From Basidiobolus ranarum (taxonomy: Eukaryota), in NCBI GenBank assembly GCA_040143965.1, contig JASJQH010006918.1:1-39323 (forward strand): DNA of 39,323 nucleotides, in the 5' to 3' direction. This document shows, piece by piece, positions 11,702-25,166 of the stretch. The position numbers were made by a program, and so were the translations under genes. Each line of letters begins with the position of its first letter. The stretch's first letter is position 1. Below the pieces are notes generated by a model, which saw nothing but the letters and a program-made list of their open reading frames with translations, did no database searches and had not been told where the DNA came from.

Positions 11702-14700
11702 CTACTCTTCGTGAGATAGCGCTCTACGGGGAAAGGGTCTTTGCTCCTCTTGTGTTTGAGTATCGATCAAACCATGAGCAATGACTTTCTCCGTAGTGTT
11801 AATGGCAAATGGCAGAGGGATTTCTTTGATTGCGCGGTATTGACCAACATTATTGATGTGCTGAAGCGTATGTTCAGTATTACTGCGAATGATAATAAAA
11901 TGAACGCCAACACTTACCTCGTTCTCCATTCGGAAGAAATTCCATTGAAAACGTCTTTAAAGAAATTAACTCAATGAACGTAACTGACACATGCTGCTGA
12001 CAAAAATACCTGTAAACTTCACCCAGAGCTAAAAAGAAAGCGACTAATCTTGGATCCCAACCAGTTCCTAACACCGATGTAGAGGCGGTGACAACCCATG
12101 AGAATCGAAGGAAGAGGTTCGAGATGATGGCGAAGTAGTAAGCCTAGAAAAGAGGCAAATATCAATGAGCTAGAAATTCCAATGTTCAGCCAGACACGAA
12201 GACTTACCCATTTCCAAGGGTAGGCAAGGTCTTGACGTAAGAATTTATGCTTATGATTAGGCTCCAAAAAGCCCCAATCCAATCGAATATCCCAAACATA
12301 CGTATAGCATGACGCCAAAATGGCACAGAAAATCCATAGTGCATGGGCCTCAGCGGAACCTGCAGGCAATCCTCAATAAGAGTTCACAGATATGTAGAAA
12401 AGTAGACGAAACTAACCTCTGATGCGTGCACCAGCAGCAGCCCATAGCAGGATCATGGATGAGATATACTTTCCAGCGTTGGCCAGGTGTGGGAAGGCTT
12501 GGCCACTATCCTGATATCTTCTGACGCATTGAAGAAAACGCCACCAGGCTGGTAAAGTAGGAATGCACATGGCTATCCAATAGGTATGGATGTTGCATCT
12601 CGACTCGAGGTTCTCCCACCCGTAAGAATACGCACAGGCCATCAATTGCAAATTGATCAACGTATATCCCAAACTGTTAAGCTCATCAGCAATGAAAAAG
12701 TCCCGAAAGTAAACGGAATAAAGCGGACTTGTTACGATTCGATACAGCGTAATGATAAGCCATCTTCTAGAGGTGTAGTATAGAATCCTAAATGGGCACA
12801 AAAAGAGGCCCACCATGGTGCATATTAAAATAAGTGGATAAGAGTCGGGGGAAATCTGATTTGGAAGTGGATTGGAAAAGGTGAAGCTTGAGATGTACGA
12901 GTAAACCATGAAAAAGAACGCGGGAAGCTTCGGGTGGGTTGGTTAGAATGTGTTGTCAGTCACGTATCGTGTATCACAAATAGACGATGCTTACCTCTAG
13001 AAACTGATGTCGGTGTAGATGATCTCTAGGATCGAATTCAAAGATAAACCGGTAATTTACATTGTTTTTGGACCACACATATATGTTGATTCCGAATAGA
13101 GCTGCGAAGATGATTGGCAACAATAGACCGCCATATATTTGTAAGGTAATATCTGCGTAGGGGACGGACTTCCTGACCTCGGGATCCATAGCTGTGAAAT
13201 ATACAACATAGAGATAAGAAAGGAAAGAAAAGGGAATAAGCGACCAAGCACCTACCCAGGTACACCGATCTAAAGAAGACAGGGAGTGAAAGGCCAATAT
13301 ATAGCCCGGACCTTAGTGCAGTCGAATAAAATGACTATATCAAAAGAAGTTGACTTGACTGCCGACTGTTCTCATGCACAGACTAACTTACCCTTTTCTT
13401 CAGATCAGGAATTCGTAAACTATCCATAGCTTCTTTTCGTGATGCGCCGTCAAAGACATCTGTGTAAAGAGTCTTTTTATGACATGTTAGTACCAGATGT
13501 AGCGCTGTATACTGATTCGATTCTTACTTCCGTCTGTACAATGATCTTGTCTAGTATAGTGGAGGCTACAAAGTTTCGACTTTCTGCTTTAGCCATGTAG
13601 AGTTGAGTACATTTCCAATGTGCAGTCTGAAAGGCAACATCCACTATCAGTCCATTGTCGCTCCCGCAATCCATATAATATCACAAAATACCTTCTCGAA
13701 CTTTTTTAAAATCTTCATAAATCCAGTGTGATTCAGAATCTAATCAGATGAAAACTAAGTAATTGCGGCTTTATGTCTCTTGGTGGGTCTCTGGGTACCT
13801 TGTAGTTTTTGAGCAACTCAACACTGCGATAGTATTCGAGAAGCGCCTTTTCCAATCTGTGCTTCAAAGCTTTTTCGTTGGAAGCAATCTCCTCTCGACG
13901 TCTTTCAACTTCCTCTGGATCAACAGGATCGTTATATACAAGGTCACAATCATCACAATTATGTCCATCTTTTTTCGTATTGTCTATTCGATGATAATTG
14001 ACATGTTCGCTCGATGGTCCCTATTGAGAACCAGTGGTTGAGTTGCAAGCTCTTATTTCATCAACAATCAATCCCTACCTCTCCTCCAGTCGTGGCTGCC
14101 TCCAAAACAAGAACCTGCTCTCGTAGAGCATAAAGTCGCTTGACCGCCTCCTTTTCCTTTTCTTTGGTTGGAGAGCATTTCTTTAATAAACTTCTATCTC
14201 AAGGCTCTATTGAAAACATACCATCATAAAATTGACATATTTTCTCTAACTCTTTATCTAGTAGTTCAAAGAAACTACGCTCCTCTGGGCTTCGTCGGGC
14301 CAATTCAATTTGGAGCCTAGAGGTGCTTTCTAAAGAGAATCAGCTGTTTAAGTGATGAACGATAAAGATGATGACTAAGGCTGATCATGTACCCAAGCTT
14401 TCCGTCATGTTTAAAGTATATGAAGGCATGCTCAACGCATTAAGTGTCCGAGATCTAAGAAACGGTTCTCTCTCGGAGGCTTTTGGCCTTGTTACCACTT
14501 CCGCTTGTGATTTGCGGCGAAAAACATTTCCTATATTACCATTACTAGCACGACGCTGCTCAATAGAAACATCTTTTACAGATTGGGCATACCGAGTAGG
14601 ACCGAGTACAGGAGAAAATAGCAAGGCAGGTTTACTCTTTTTCTGAGGTCCTTGCTTCTCTTCGATTCTTTTTAGTGCCTTTTTCAAAGCCTTATAGTCT

Positions 14701-14759
14701 ATGTACTTTTGTTTCCACTCTGGGACAGACTCCGTCTCAAGGTACTTTGCGAACTTCAT
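11702..14759 (-). CDS. SYG1: SPX-EXS phosphate exporter Syg1/XPR1 family, multi-exon
   Basis: N-terminal SPX motif MKFAKYLETESVPEWKQKYIDYKALKK; EXS motifs NYRFIFEFDPR, FRDFFIADELNS, WRFLQCVRRY, HLANAGKY, YVWDIRLDWG, RRFQWNFFRMENEH. The 3' end may extend through one more exon to a stop at about 11502. Confidence 0.88.
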
Positions 14760-15407
14760 GTTACCAAGGAAAGGAACGTCTACTGATACAATTGAAGCTT
14801 CATTTTAATCTGAGCTTAATATATCGTCATATGACTGAGCAAAATCCAGTAACACTATCTGAGTGACTAATTCAAGTTACACTGGTTATATGTTGTTTTA
14901 AAGAGTTATTGTTATAAAAGCATCATACATACAATATATCAATCTCATTATCTTGTGTTCTTAATGTCGATCATCGTTCATTGATGTCTGATGTTTCAGT
15001 GATACCTCCAAAGTGATACAATAATTTATACATGCATCCGACAATTAATCTCAACTAACTTCGGTTAATCGGCTATTACTTTTGTTATCAATTGATTGAT
15101 TGTACTGATTATTGATTTAAGCCAAAGATTATTGTTTCGTCAACCTCTGTTTAAATCGTGTTCAGTAGCAGGTTCAATTATTGTTGTGGTGCTATAGTAT
15201 GTTTTGATTTTGTATTGATGATCTCAATTTTTGAACCAGTGCAGTTTCTCTGTATGCTTTATCCCTAAGAATTTGTGTAACCTTCTAAGCCAAACCCATA
15301 ATTATTGCCTGTAGACCTTTCCTGATCTTTACTCATTATAACATATCCAAGTACAGACGACGTGTTTATTTCTTCGATAACTTCCACCTTGACACGACTC
15401 GAAAATA

Positions 15408-18400
15408 ATGGATGGTGAGAGTGAGGACAGAAAAGCAAGGTTACTTCCTCCTACTGATGTTCGTGGTGCACTTAAGTACTGGCCTATGGCTTCCTTAACT
15501 CCTTCGTTCTCAAGTGCGTATAAATGAGATAAATTCACTCCTTCAAACATAATCTAATATTGCTTCTGAATTAGTAATAAAGGATATACCCTCGGTAAAG
15601 ATAGTGCACGATGAATTTACTTTATGTGCCCCTGGTGATACAGAATACGTGGATAATATATTACATTGTGGTTTGAATGAGGCCAACGGATATGTCGCTA
15701 CCATCGCTAATCTTTTAAACGAAGTTGACGCGTCATATTTGTAAGAAAGTGGTTTTTTTAAAAGGCGGTATATACATCTTACCCCTGTTTCTAAATCATA
15801 ACCTTTTCAACAGAAAATTCAAATCCTCCTGCATACCACCTTCCACTTTCCAACCAGAAAATGACCAAATACTGCCAACTGCACACCCACTAATGGCGAA
15901 GCTTATCATGGGTTATTGTCACCGCGATGGGGATGCTCCAGTACCCCCTGGTAATGTCAAACTTCCTCATTACCTACTTAACAATAGACCACTAAATGTC
16001 TTCCCATAATAGAATTGTATCAGCAGCAAATACCCAGTCATAATAATGCCTTCCGTTTCATACACAAGTTCAAAGACTCAAAAGTGGCTCTGGTTACTCA
16101 AGGAGATTCACTCCCCAAGCACGGTATTTCTGACATTTAATTTGATTATATCATAAAGTACACTCGCTAATATCAACAATATTGATGTTCAAGTTCCGGA
16201 TGTTAGCAAAGAAAAAAAACCGACCCCTCGACAAGAACCGTTAAGAAAGGATGTGATCCAAAACCATGTCAAGACTTCACCTCCAAATAAAAATAACAAA
16301 ATTCCTCCAAAGAGACAATCAGATTACAGCGAAAGCAAGAAAGCGATTAGTAATCCAGCAGAAGGTTGAAGATATTCATGATTGCTTATTTGTAAATAGA
16401 AACTTACCGCGTTTATCATTCTGTAATTCTAGCTGCGTTTACGAGATTAGTCGACTTTTTGGATGATATGTTTGCAGCAGATGATTCTCTCACCCCAGAT
16501 ACATCCATTTCGGAAGCGAATGCGGATGCTTACAAGTTTTTTATTCCATCGTCTATTTCTACGGACAATACACTGTTGACAAGAGAGACGATTTCTAGAG
16601 TGACTTTACTAATTAGCAAAGCTGCTCAATATAATAGGCTCGGCGATGTTAATGTAGAGGATTTTAGTAGACTCCTTAAAATCCTTGAGCGATCTGTTCG
16701 TGCAGCTGAGGATATAGATGTGTTCGCACCTAAACTCAATATTGATGATGAAGAATTGAATAGCGAACAACATCAACTCAATTTTGTAGAAGAGAAACTC
16801 GTAACTATCCAACATGGACTCGACGCGGCGATATGTGCATTCTCTCTTATGACTGGAGGTGCTCTAAGCCGGCAACTTTATCCTGAAGACATCATCATAT
16901 CAAGCCTCAATCTAGCCAAAAACCAGCTCAAAGGAACTTTGTTTACTATATTCGAGCTCTCAGATATAGATATCTCTGACCAATCTCTTGTTCAGAATGC
17001 AATGAAAAGCACCACAATTAAACGCCAGCTGAATTCACTTATTTTACCATTGACGACCTTCTTTAATAAGCTCTACTCCCTGATGCATATCCAAGAATTG
17101 TCGGATAGTGTCATGATCACTGTGGGATATTTTGCTGTTGCGCCGTTTTTCGTCGAAAGTTCTTCTATCCTTCCTGCTGGTTTGGAAGGCATTAAACTTG
17201 CCGCACTAGGACTTCTTCGATCTATCTTTACATGCTACCCAAATCAACGTACTTGGATATTAGAGGAGATTTTAACGTCTCTTATCAAATTGCCAACAAA
17301 CCGCCGTAACCTCCGACAGTACAAGTAGGGATTTTCCAGCAGAGATGGTCAAACGCGTTTAAATTTTAAATTTTTGTGTATTATAGACTTGCCGACGGTA
17401 AATCTATTCAGATGGTTTCCGCTCTACTCTTACAATTAATTCAATGCTGCACGGATCGTATTATCCGTAATGGATTCAGCAGCGATGAAGTAGAGAAAAT
17501 GGCCCAGAAAGAACCAGAAGAAGATGAACGTAACTTTCAGAAAACTCAGGCAGCTTTGCTGGAGAAGGTTATATCATTTCTATTTGTACCTATAAATAGC
17601 GTGTACAATTTCTAACCTTATTGACCAATATAACTGACAGTTTGGTGGACTTTGCAAAGGCGGACTTGACGCTGCCAATTTCAACGCCTCTTATATCTTC
17701 AAATATCTTCTTTCCAGGTAAGCCACTTTGAATTCGTTGATTCCCCGTAGCGATCAGTTTACTAAGAAAAAACAATCGATACGATAGATGTACAAAGAAC
17801 AAATCTTCTAATGAAGCAGAATATCGCGCACTCCTCGATAACTTTATGGAGGATGTTCTGACTGTACTCAACCTTCCGGAATGGCCTGGCGCTGAGCTTG
17901 TCATTCGGATCTTTAGCAAAATCATGGTAATATATATATACATTTGGTGCTACTATGCATGAGGCTCTAACATAGAGTATAGGTTGGATATATTGACGAC
18001 AAAAGGGCTGAAACATACACCAAGTCAATGGCGATCGACTACCTGGGAATTATAGCTGCCAAAATTAAGAAATCGATGAATTCCTTGATTCCAAAGAAAG
18101 AGGAAAGCGAAAATTTTGATTTAGGTAGCGAGCCTCAGGATATTAAACCACGATCTCTTCTTGAAATCCCTACGGGAGAGGTAATGAATTAATTACGATC
18201 TTTCCATCTTCTGTGTTAATGCTCAATGTATGCTGCTTGTAGATTACTGGTGACACTCCCCTCCAACCGATTCAAAATCTTGTACAGTACCAAAGGACAT
18301 TGTTGGACTACTTAGAAGTACTGGCCACAGAAGACCCCGGTATCGAGGTAAAGTAAAAGTATGAATCTCTTTGTACTGATCTTCATTAACTCACATTTCT

Positions 18401-21400
18401 GAGCATATAGTGTGCAAAACAATTTTATCTTTGCGATTGGGGAAATATCATGGCGGCCAATTTTGTTCAAGCCACAAAAGCAAGTCGACACGATGATAAC
18501 ACATGGGATCCAAATGTCATCAAAGAATTTTTCGATGTATTGAGAGAATTCGCATTGAACGGTTCCGACAGAGCAGAAAAAAGACGAGAGTATGCAGATA
18601 GTCTTGTTTCAGATTCGATTGTATTTTTATATTGACTTTGTATCTTATTTAAAAAGAAAAATCTCCGACCGACACACTATATTAATTGTTACAGAGCTAC
18701 TTGGTACTCGTCAAGGATTATACCAGAGCTTTGACGTCTTACTTTCGAAAATACTGGCTGCTTTAGAAATGTCCGTCGTAGCCTTCAGAACAAAAGCTTT
18801 GAAAGCGTTAGGTCAAGTGGTAGTCTCTCATCCCGAAATTCTAAGCCAGGTATATTGCTTTTGTACTTTTACTCAACAAAACCATGATGCTAATACCTCT
18901 TGGAAAGGTCAATGTACGTCACACTATAGGTAATCGTTTGCAGGATTTATCACCTGCTGTACGTGATGCTGCCATCGACTTGGTTGGCAGATACCTCTCT
19001 CAAAAGCCAGAAATTACCCAACAGTACTATAAAGTTATTAGTGAGCGGATTTTGGTAATTTCCTTTCGCTACCTCAGATTTTATTCATTTTTAACACTCT
19101 TCCTGATTATTAGGATACTGGCCTGAACGTTCGTAAAAGAGTTATTAAGTTATTACGCGAGATATATCTTAAAAGCGAAGATCATGACATGATGGTGGAT
19201 ATTTCTTTCAAGTTCTTGAATCGTGTGAATGATGAGGATTCTAATGTTAAGGTAAATGCTCATAGAACTGTAGCACTAGAATCTAGTAAGATGTCTTATG
19301 CAAAAGGATAATTTTAGGAATTGGCCTTAAAGACCCTCCAAGAAATCTGGTTCGGGCCGTTCAAATGCCAGTCCAGTGGACTCTTTGAGTTGGATGAATT
19401 ATCCCCTGATCAATATCAGAGTCTTATGTTCTCGAAAATGACCGTCACCGGCAAGAAAGAGGTTTTGGCTCGTACTTTGATTATGGTAGATGTAGTCAAG
19501 ATGCTTAGTGCCAGTGGGGGTGAGAGTTTGGGCGTCCTAATCCAAAAAGTAATGTACTTGCTCAAGTATTTCTTTGCCTAACAACATTTAATTAATGCAA
19601 TTCATTAGATTATCGAGAAAAGCGAAGGAAAGGTCAAACGAGGAATAACTACCATATGTCAATGTATGGTGGATTGCTTGATTGAACACCTTCTGTCGGT
19701 TGAGGAAGATAACTCCAAAGTAAGTGCACTTGTTGTATTCGAATTCCAATATTACTATACTTATACAACCATTTAGGGCTCCGTGGTTCATTGTATCAAT
19801 GCACTATACCTCTTTAGCAAGGCAGCTCCAGAGCTATTAGTTGATCACGTCACCGTCCTTCATCCATATACAAAAGCGTCTACTTCGGTAAAAGAAAAGA
19901 CACCTCCTGTAGTCTCCATACTATTGAAGATGAAGTTAACGATTTGCATTTATTAGGCTGAGGATCAAAAGATTCTTTATTTTGTTTTGATGATATATTC
20001 CAACTCTGTGCCTTTATTGAAGAACCCGGATCCTGCATTTCTTCAAGGCCTTGAGCAGGAGCTATTTACTTTACTATCAAAGAGTTCACAGATGGTCAGT
20101 ATGAATACCCTTGTTTCAAAGTTTTATGGATCCTTATAAATATGTTGTTTCTCAGGTACTATTGGTAGTTGTTCCTTGCTTGTGTGCAATTGTAGATCGA
20201 CTGACACATAACTATGTCCGCCTCTCAAAATTATTGCGATCATGTTCAGGTACGAGAAAGTTACCATAGCATTCATGAATACAGATTAACATGTTGCTGT
20301 AGCCAAGCTTACTACCGAGATTGAACGCGTCAAAGATGGTCTTGAATTAAGCTCCCCAAGAAATGTTGTTCGCTTACTTATGATTCTAGGATTACTTTGC
20401 AAGCACTTCAATTATGACAAGAAAAGACATGACATACCAGGTAAAGAAACTTCTTTATGACTATTGGTAAATATTTTATTGAAATTAATTCCATTTTTTC
20501 GTTAGAGGCTCAATCGGACTTGGATAGCATCCATAAAGTACATTCAAGTTATATCTATCAACTTGATCTGTTTACTTATTTACCATCGAAAAAATTAGGG
20601 TCCTATTCTCCCGTATATGTTTGAGCTTATCATGTCATTTGCTTCCGCAAAACTTCACTCCAATATTCTTATAGTAGCACTCCAAAGTTTAGGTTGGTAC
20701 TTTACTATATTCATCAGATTGATACGGACTCTCCTCATTGATGAACTTCTCCAGGATTTATCTACATGACTCAACCCAAGTTGATGCTCGCTGAATCAAG
20801 TCGACTTTTAATGGGAAATATCTTTGAATCCAATTCTATTGAGCTTAAGATTCAGTTATTGAAAGTTTACTTGGATTTCCTCTTGGCCGAGCAAAAGAAT
20901 TCGGAGCTTCTGGAAAAAGGTAAAATGACAAAAACTTCGGTGACCTTGGTTTGAATTACAATCTAAGCTTCCGCATTAGAACATGACAAAGATGCTCCGG
21001 TCGATATCAAAGTCTTGGTAGGAAACGCTGAAGAGCTTGGTGAAGCAGGGTAATAGCATTCGTATAATTATTTCGTGAATAGTTATTAATGACTTTTTCG
21101 ATGTAATAGTGTAAGCAGCTCCCTCATGCAGTGCTACCTTGATAGAATCCTTGATTGTATGCTCTCAGAACAAAACACTTTGAGGCTATTATCTCTTGAT
21201 GTTGTCAGCCAAATTATTCAACAAGGCTTGGTACATCCACTTAAGGTTTGTTCATACACGTTTTATATATTTCATGAGATATGTTTAACCTTTCAATCTG
21301 CTCTTAACTCCACAGTGCGTTCCAGCGATTGTTGCGCTGGAAACTGGTCACGAGAAAGTCTTGCGAGAAAAAGCGTATAAAATGCATTGCCATCTAAATG

Positions 21401-22645
21401 AAAAGTATCCTTCGTTTATACACTCGCGAAATGTTGATGCCGTAAGAACTGCATACGACTACCAAAAGCAGATAACCAAGGATAAACCGATTATAGGTAC
21501 TTCACCTATATTTACTCTATTCTTGACTGTATTCTCACCATAACTCATTGAACCAGGCTATGATATCGTTAAGATTGATTCAAAACCGGAAGCTCTATTA
21601 AACTCCATGTACACACTTGTGAAGGAGAAACGACAGCGTAGACACGACTTTCTAAAGTCGCTAATCAAGTCATTTGACTTTGATCTCGAAAGAACTACCG
21701 ACTCTGCGGTACGTCTTGATCGACAAGTAAAGCATGATCATTCCTCTAACTAAAAATGTAATCTATAGGTTGACCCCGGATTTTGTAAGTTTGTCTGCGA
21801 GAACCTTTCGGTTTTAAACTACAAAACTCTGGAAGAGGTTTTGTATCTGATATATGCTATTAATCAAGTACTCTCTGTCACTGGAACCAATGTTATGCAT
21901 CAAATGGAGCTACAGTCGCGAAATAGTGATGGTATGCAAATATGAAGATATACTATTTATTTCTCCCGTTGATATCATTTTGTATTAACCCCATTCACTT
22001 GCTAGTTCCAGATAAAAAGTTCAAGGTCTATTGTAAAGTAGCTGTCTGTATGGGCCTTTTGATAATCCTCAAGGAGTATCTAAAGGGGGCTTTCTCACTA
22101 AATGAAGCGTATGTATTACTACGAATTGCTAGTATCTATTTATTCTAATTACAAAAAATGTTTTTAGGAAATGTCAGAGCTTCAATCCCTCTGACTCTGG
22201 ACATAAAGATAAGCCAGCTTTCCGGCAACCACGAGCAATCCAACCAATATCATGGGATAGACTTATGCTTCCTACTAATTTATCCGATAAGAATGTCGAT
22301 CTTAAACAAACAAGTGAAAAGGTAATTAGATAGAACTTACTTGAATGGGAAAAAAATTCATCGAACTTACAATATATACAGTTTTACGAGCTCATGAATG
22401 AAAGCGGCTCCGTCGCTGACTACCATGACGACGCTGAATCGGTAGACCTTGACGATAGCCTGGAATTTGAAGCGACTAGCGACACCTCACCAACTATGAA
22501 GCCTAACCAACGTAATAAATTAAAGCCAGTCAAAAAGGCACTCGGTGCACGTAACAATCCTCCTAAAGTAAAAAAGCGATCTGTTGAAGAAAGCGAACCC
22601 ACCTTTATTATGGAAAGTGGATGGAAGCGGCCAAAAAAGTATTAG
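15408..22645 (+). CDS. SCC2: Cohesin loader Scc2/NIPBL/Mis4, about 30 short introns
   Basis: QRTWILEEILTSLIKLP, GKSIQMVSALLLQLIQ, DVLTVLNLPEWPGAEL, FRTKALKALGQVV, DLSPAVRDAAIDLVG, DTGLNVRKRVIKLLREI, QQGLVHP. Start MDGESEDRK...ALKYWPMASLTP at 15408 is inferred. Confidence 0.92.
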
Positions 22646-23135
22646 GCATATTGATTTGAAATTACATATAGAATTATACATTTTCTATGCTCTTTGAACG
22701 TTGATAAATAATATTGCCTGTATATTTTCTTTTTTTCTGAAGCTTTTTGAAAATATTTTATCTTTGTATCTCTAGATTTGCTATGGCGTTCTTTATGCCT
22801 ACCTTCTTGCATTACCAACTAAATAAACCGAGAAACCAACAAATCTGTGGCATTTGTATCATGTATTAACGAACTTAATGTGGCGAAGATACTCGCGGTC
22901 TGAGATATACTATATCAATCAATATGCCATTCTACGCGATCAAAAATTGACTAATCAAGATGATTTATAAATTCTTTTAATAAATTTTCGATTATACAAA
23001 TTATATTTTTACATTCAAAACTACTTATTTTCTACAGGGGGCCTATTACCCCACGCGTAACAGTTCAAGATTGATTTAAACAGGGGTGTATGGAGATGTA
23101 TTTTTTTTTGCATCTAGAGATGATTCAAATCAGCA

Positions 23136-23143
23136 TATAAATA
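23136..23143 (+). promoter_or_regulatory. TATA box of the snoRNA host gene
   Basis: TATAAATA about 30 nt before a pyrimidine-rich initiator-like stretch (cttactcacactctca) and about 85 nt before the first 5' splice site. Confidence 0.55.
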
Positions 23144-23265
23144 TCATGGCTGAGCAGTAATCATGCCTTACTCACACTCTCATCTCCAAAACATTTCTTA
23201 CCATTCTCAAGACGATGCACTCATAGGTAATTATCATATCATTTTCAAACTATCCCAGTTTCACT

Positions 23266-23344
23266 ATGATGATTAAGGCATTTGGCTGTAATCCTTCGGG
23301 ATACTGACGAAAATTTGACAGCTACCTAATTACGTCAATTCTGA
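23266..23344 (+). ncRNA. Box C/D snoRNA, snR13/U15-like, copy 1
   Basis: C box ATGATGA, guide AGGCATTTGGCT, hairpin atccTTCGggat, C'-like CTGACGA, GCTACCT, D box CTGA; terminal stem gtttc/gaaac. Confidence 0.9.
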
Positions 23345-23491
23345 GAAACATTTGAAAATACTCTGAGTTTTATAAATTTCCATCATCTAAACATTGTTAT
23401 TTTATCATTCAGGATTCAACGAGTGTCTTGACGTTTCTCGGTTGTACATACTCAAAACCAATGTAAGTTATATATCTCTTTATACTTCGCG

Positions 23492-23570
23492 ATGATGATT
23501 AAGGCATTTGGCTGTAATCCCTCGGGATACTGACGAAAAATAGACAGCTACCTAATTACGTCTTATCTGA
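23492..23570 (+). ncRNA. Box C/D snoRNA, snR13/U15-like, copy 2
   Basis: Same 79-nt C-to-D core; variants CTCG loop, aaatagac, gtcttatCTGA. Confidence 0.9.
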
Positions 23571-23733
23571 GCACCAACTCATATATAATCCCTAAGTATT
23601 ATTTATTCACATACAATTCTCATTTTTAGAGTTCTACTGTAAAATAATCCGACTTCCACTCAACCACTTTCTACCTCATCCTCGTACATACACCCACTAG
23701 GTAATTACAAATTCATTTAAAGTTTCATGTAAA

Positions 23734-23812
23734 ATGATGATTAAGGCATTTGGCTGTAATCCTCCGGGATACTGACGAAAACTTGACAGCTACCTAATTA
23801 CGTCAATTCTGA
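23734..23812 (+). ncRNA. Box C/D snoRNA, snR13/U15-like, copy 3
   Basis: Same core; terminal stem gtttcatg/catgaaac. Confidence 0.9.
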
Positions 23813-23964
23813 TTTCATGAAACATTTAAAGTACAATATATATAGTTCTCTTTCTAATTGTTACTCTTAGACTTTATACATACATATATAATAATTCAAA
23901 CCTGTACTCTTGGGCTCTTCCTACCTCACCGGTGAGTTATTTTCCAGTATCTTACGTTGTTTAA

Positions 23965-24043
23965 ATGATGATTAAGGCATTTGGCTGTAATCCCTCGGGA
24001 TACTGACGAAAACTTGACAGCTACCTAATTACGTCAATTCTGA
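23965..24043 (+). ncRNA. Box C/D snoRNA, snR13/U15-like, copy 4
   Basis: Same core; external stem cgttg/caacg. Confidence 0.9.
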
Positions 24044-24191
24044 TATTCAACGAAAATTTTATTACTTTTTCAAACTTGTTACTAAACTACTTTATTAGAT
24101 TCTCACCATGATCCTTACCTAGTTGTCCACTTTAATGAATTTCAAAACGTGAAATGGTAAGAATTTTACTCAATTCAATCCGGTTGTTTAG

Positions 24192-24270
24192 ATGATGATT
24201 AAGGCATTTGGCTGTAATCCTTTGGGATACTGACGAAAACTTGACAGCTACCTAATTACGTCTTATCTGA
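24192..24270 (+). ncRNA. Box C/D snoRNA, snR13/U15-like, copy 5
   Basis: Same core; TTTG loop; external stem gttg/caac. Confidence 0.9.
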
Positions 24271-24416
24271 TATTCAACAAACTTTTCATTTCCTTGCAAT
24301 CTTTTACTAAATTATTCTATCAGGCTTTCGCATATATATCTTTCACCTATAGCCGTTCACGTTACAGTGTTTCTAATTATAATGGTAAGCATTGTTTGCT
24401 GTTTGATGTTGTCTAG

Positions 24417-24495
24417 ATGATGATTAAGGCATTTGGCTGTAATCCTTTGGGATACTGACGAAAATTTGACAGCTACCTAATTACGTCTTATCTGA
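24417..24495 (+). ncRNA. Box C/D snoRNA, snR13/U15-like, copy 6
   Basis: Same core; TTTG loop; external stem gttg/caac. Confidence 0.9.
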
Positions 24496-24649
24496 TATTC
24501 AACGAACCATTGACTTTTTTTGCAATTTTGTATTAATTTCTTCTATCAGAAGTTACAACATGAGCTTACACTGCCCCGCTCTATCGGAATGCCTCTACAT
24601 TGCTATATGATGGTAGGTTTTATTCTTGATATTCAAGTATATCAACTAA

Positions 24650-24728
24650 ATGATGATTAAGGCATTTGGCTGTAATCCTTCGGGATACTGACGAAAACTT
24701 GACAGCTACCTAATTACGTCAATTCTGA
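24650..24728 (+). ncRNA. Box C/D snoRNA, snR13/U15-like, copy 7
   Basis: Same core; perfect 11-bp terminal stem gtatatcaact/agttgatatac. Confidence 0.9.
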
Positions 24729-24874
24729 TAAAGTTGATATACATTGATTTTCGAAAAAATTCCATTCTAACAGTTCTGCTCAGTTAGATTCTGTTGACCA
24801 TATCTTACAGTCGCTGTATTGGGCAGGATTCTTGTACACAAACAGTAAGTTAACATTCATTTAATGTAATTGCA

Positions 24875-24953
24875 ATGATGATCAAGGCATTTGGCTGTAA
24901 TCCTTCGGGGTACTGACGAAAAATAGACAGCTACCTAATTACGTCTTATCTGA
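24875..24953 (+). ncRNA. Box C/D snoRNA, snR13/U15-like, copy 8
   Basis: Same core with private substitutions (atgatgatCaagg; gggGtac giving a U-G pair in the hairpin); stem taattgc/gcagtta. Confidence 0.9.
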
Positions 24954-25087
24954 GCAGTTAATTACCTATATTTTATTGAAGTCCATTATTAACATTCCAC
25001 TAGTTTCTTCAATATTGTTTAGATACAACCACCTTATGAAGCTCCATATTACTAGGTAATTTGAAATTCATATCCTGTTCGTGTAAA

Positions 25088-25166
25088 ATGATGATTAAGG
25101 CATTTGGCTGTAATCCCTCGGGATACTGACGAAAATTTGACAGCTACCTAATTACGTCTTATCTGA
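25088..25166 (+). ncRNA. Box C/D snoRNA, snR13/U15-like, copy 9
   Basis: Same core; stem gtgtaa/ttacat. Confidence 0.9.

Noticed and set aside
21405-21412. GTATCCTT as a second U12 donor in SCC2
   Set aside because: It lies inside a continuous coding exon (EKYPSFIHSR) and no matching U12 branch site follows.
23304-23307. Internal CTGA read as the D' box
   Set aside because: The sequence just upstream is the variable hairpin rather than a conserved guide. CTGACGA fits better as C', with D' directly after the rRNA-complementary segment.
23266-25166. CRISPR array or satellite interpretation of the nine repeats with unique spacers
   Set aside because: Repeats (79 nt) and spacers (about 135-165 nt) are too long, there are no cas genes, and the context is eukaryotic. 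Repeats carry C/D boxes with rRNA complementarity and spacers carry splice signals.
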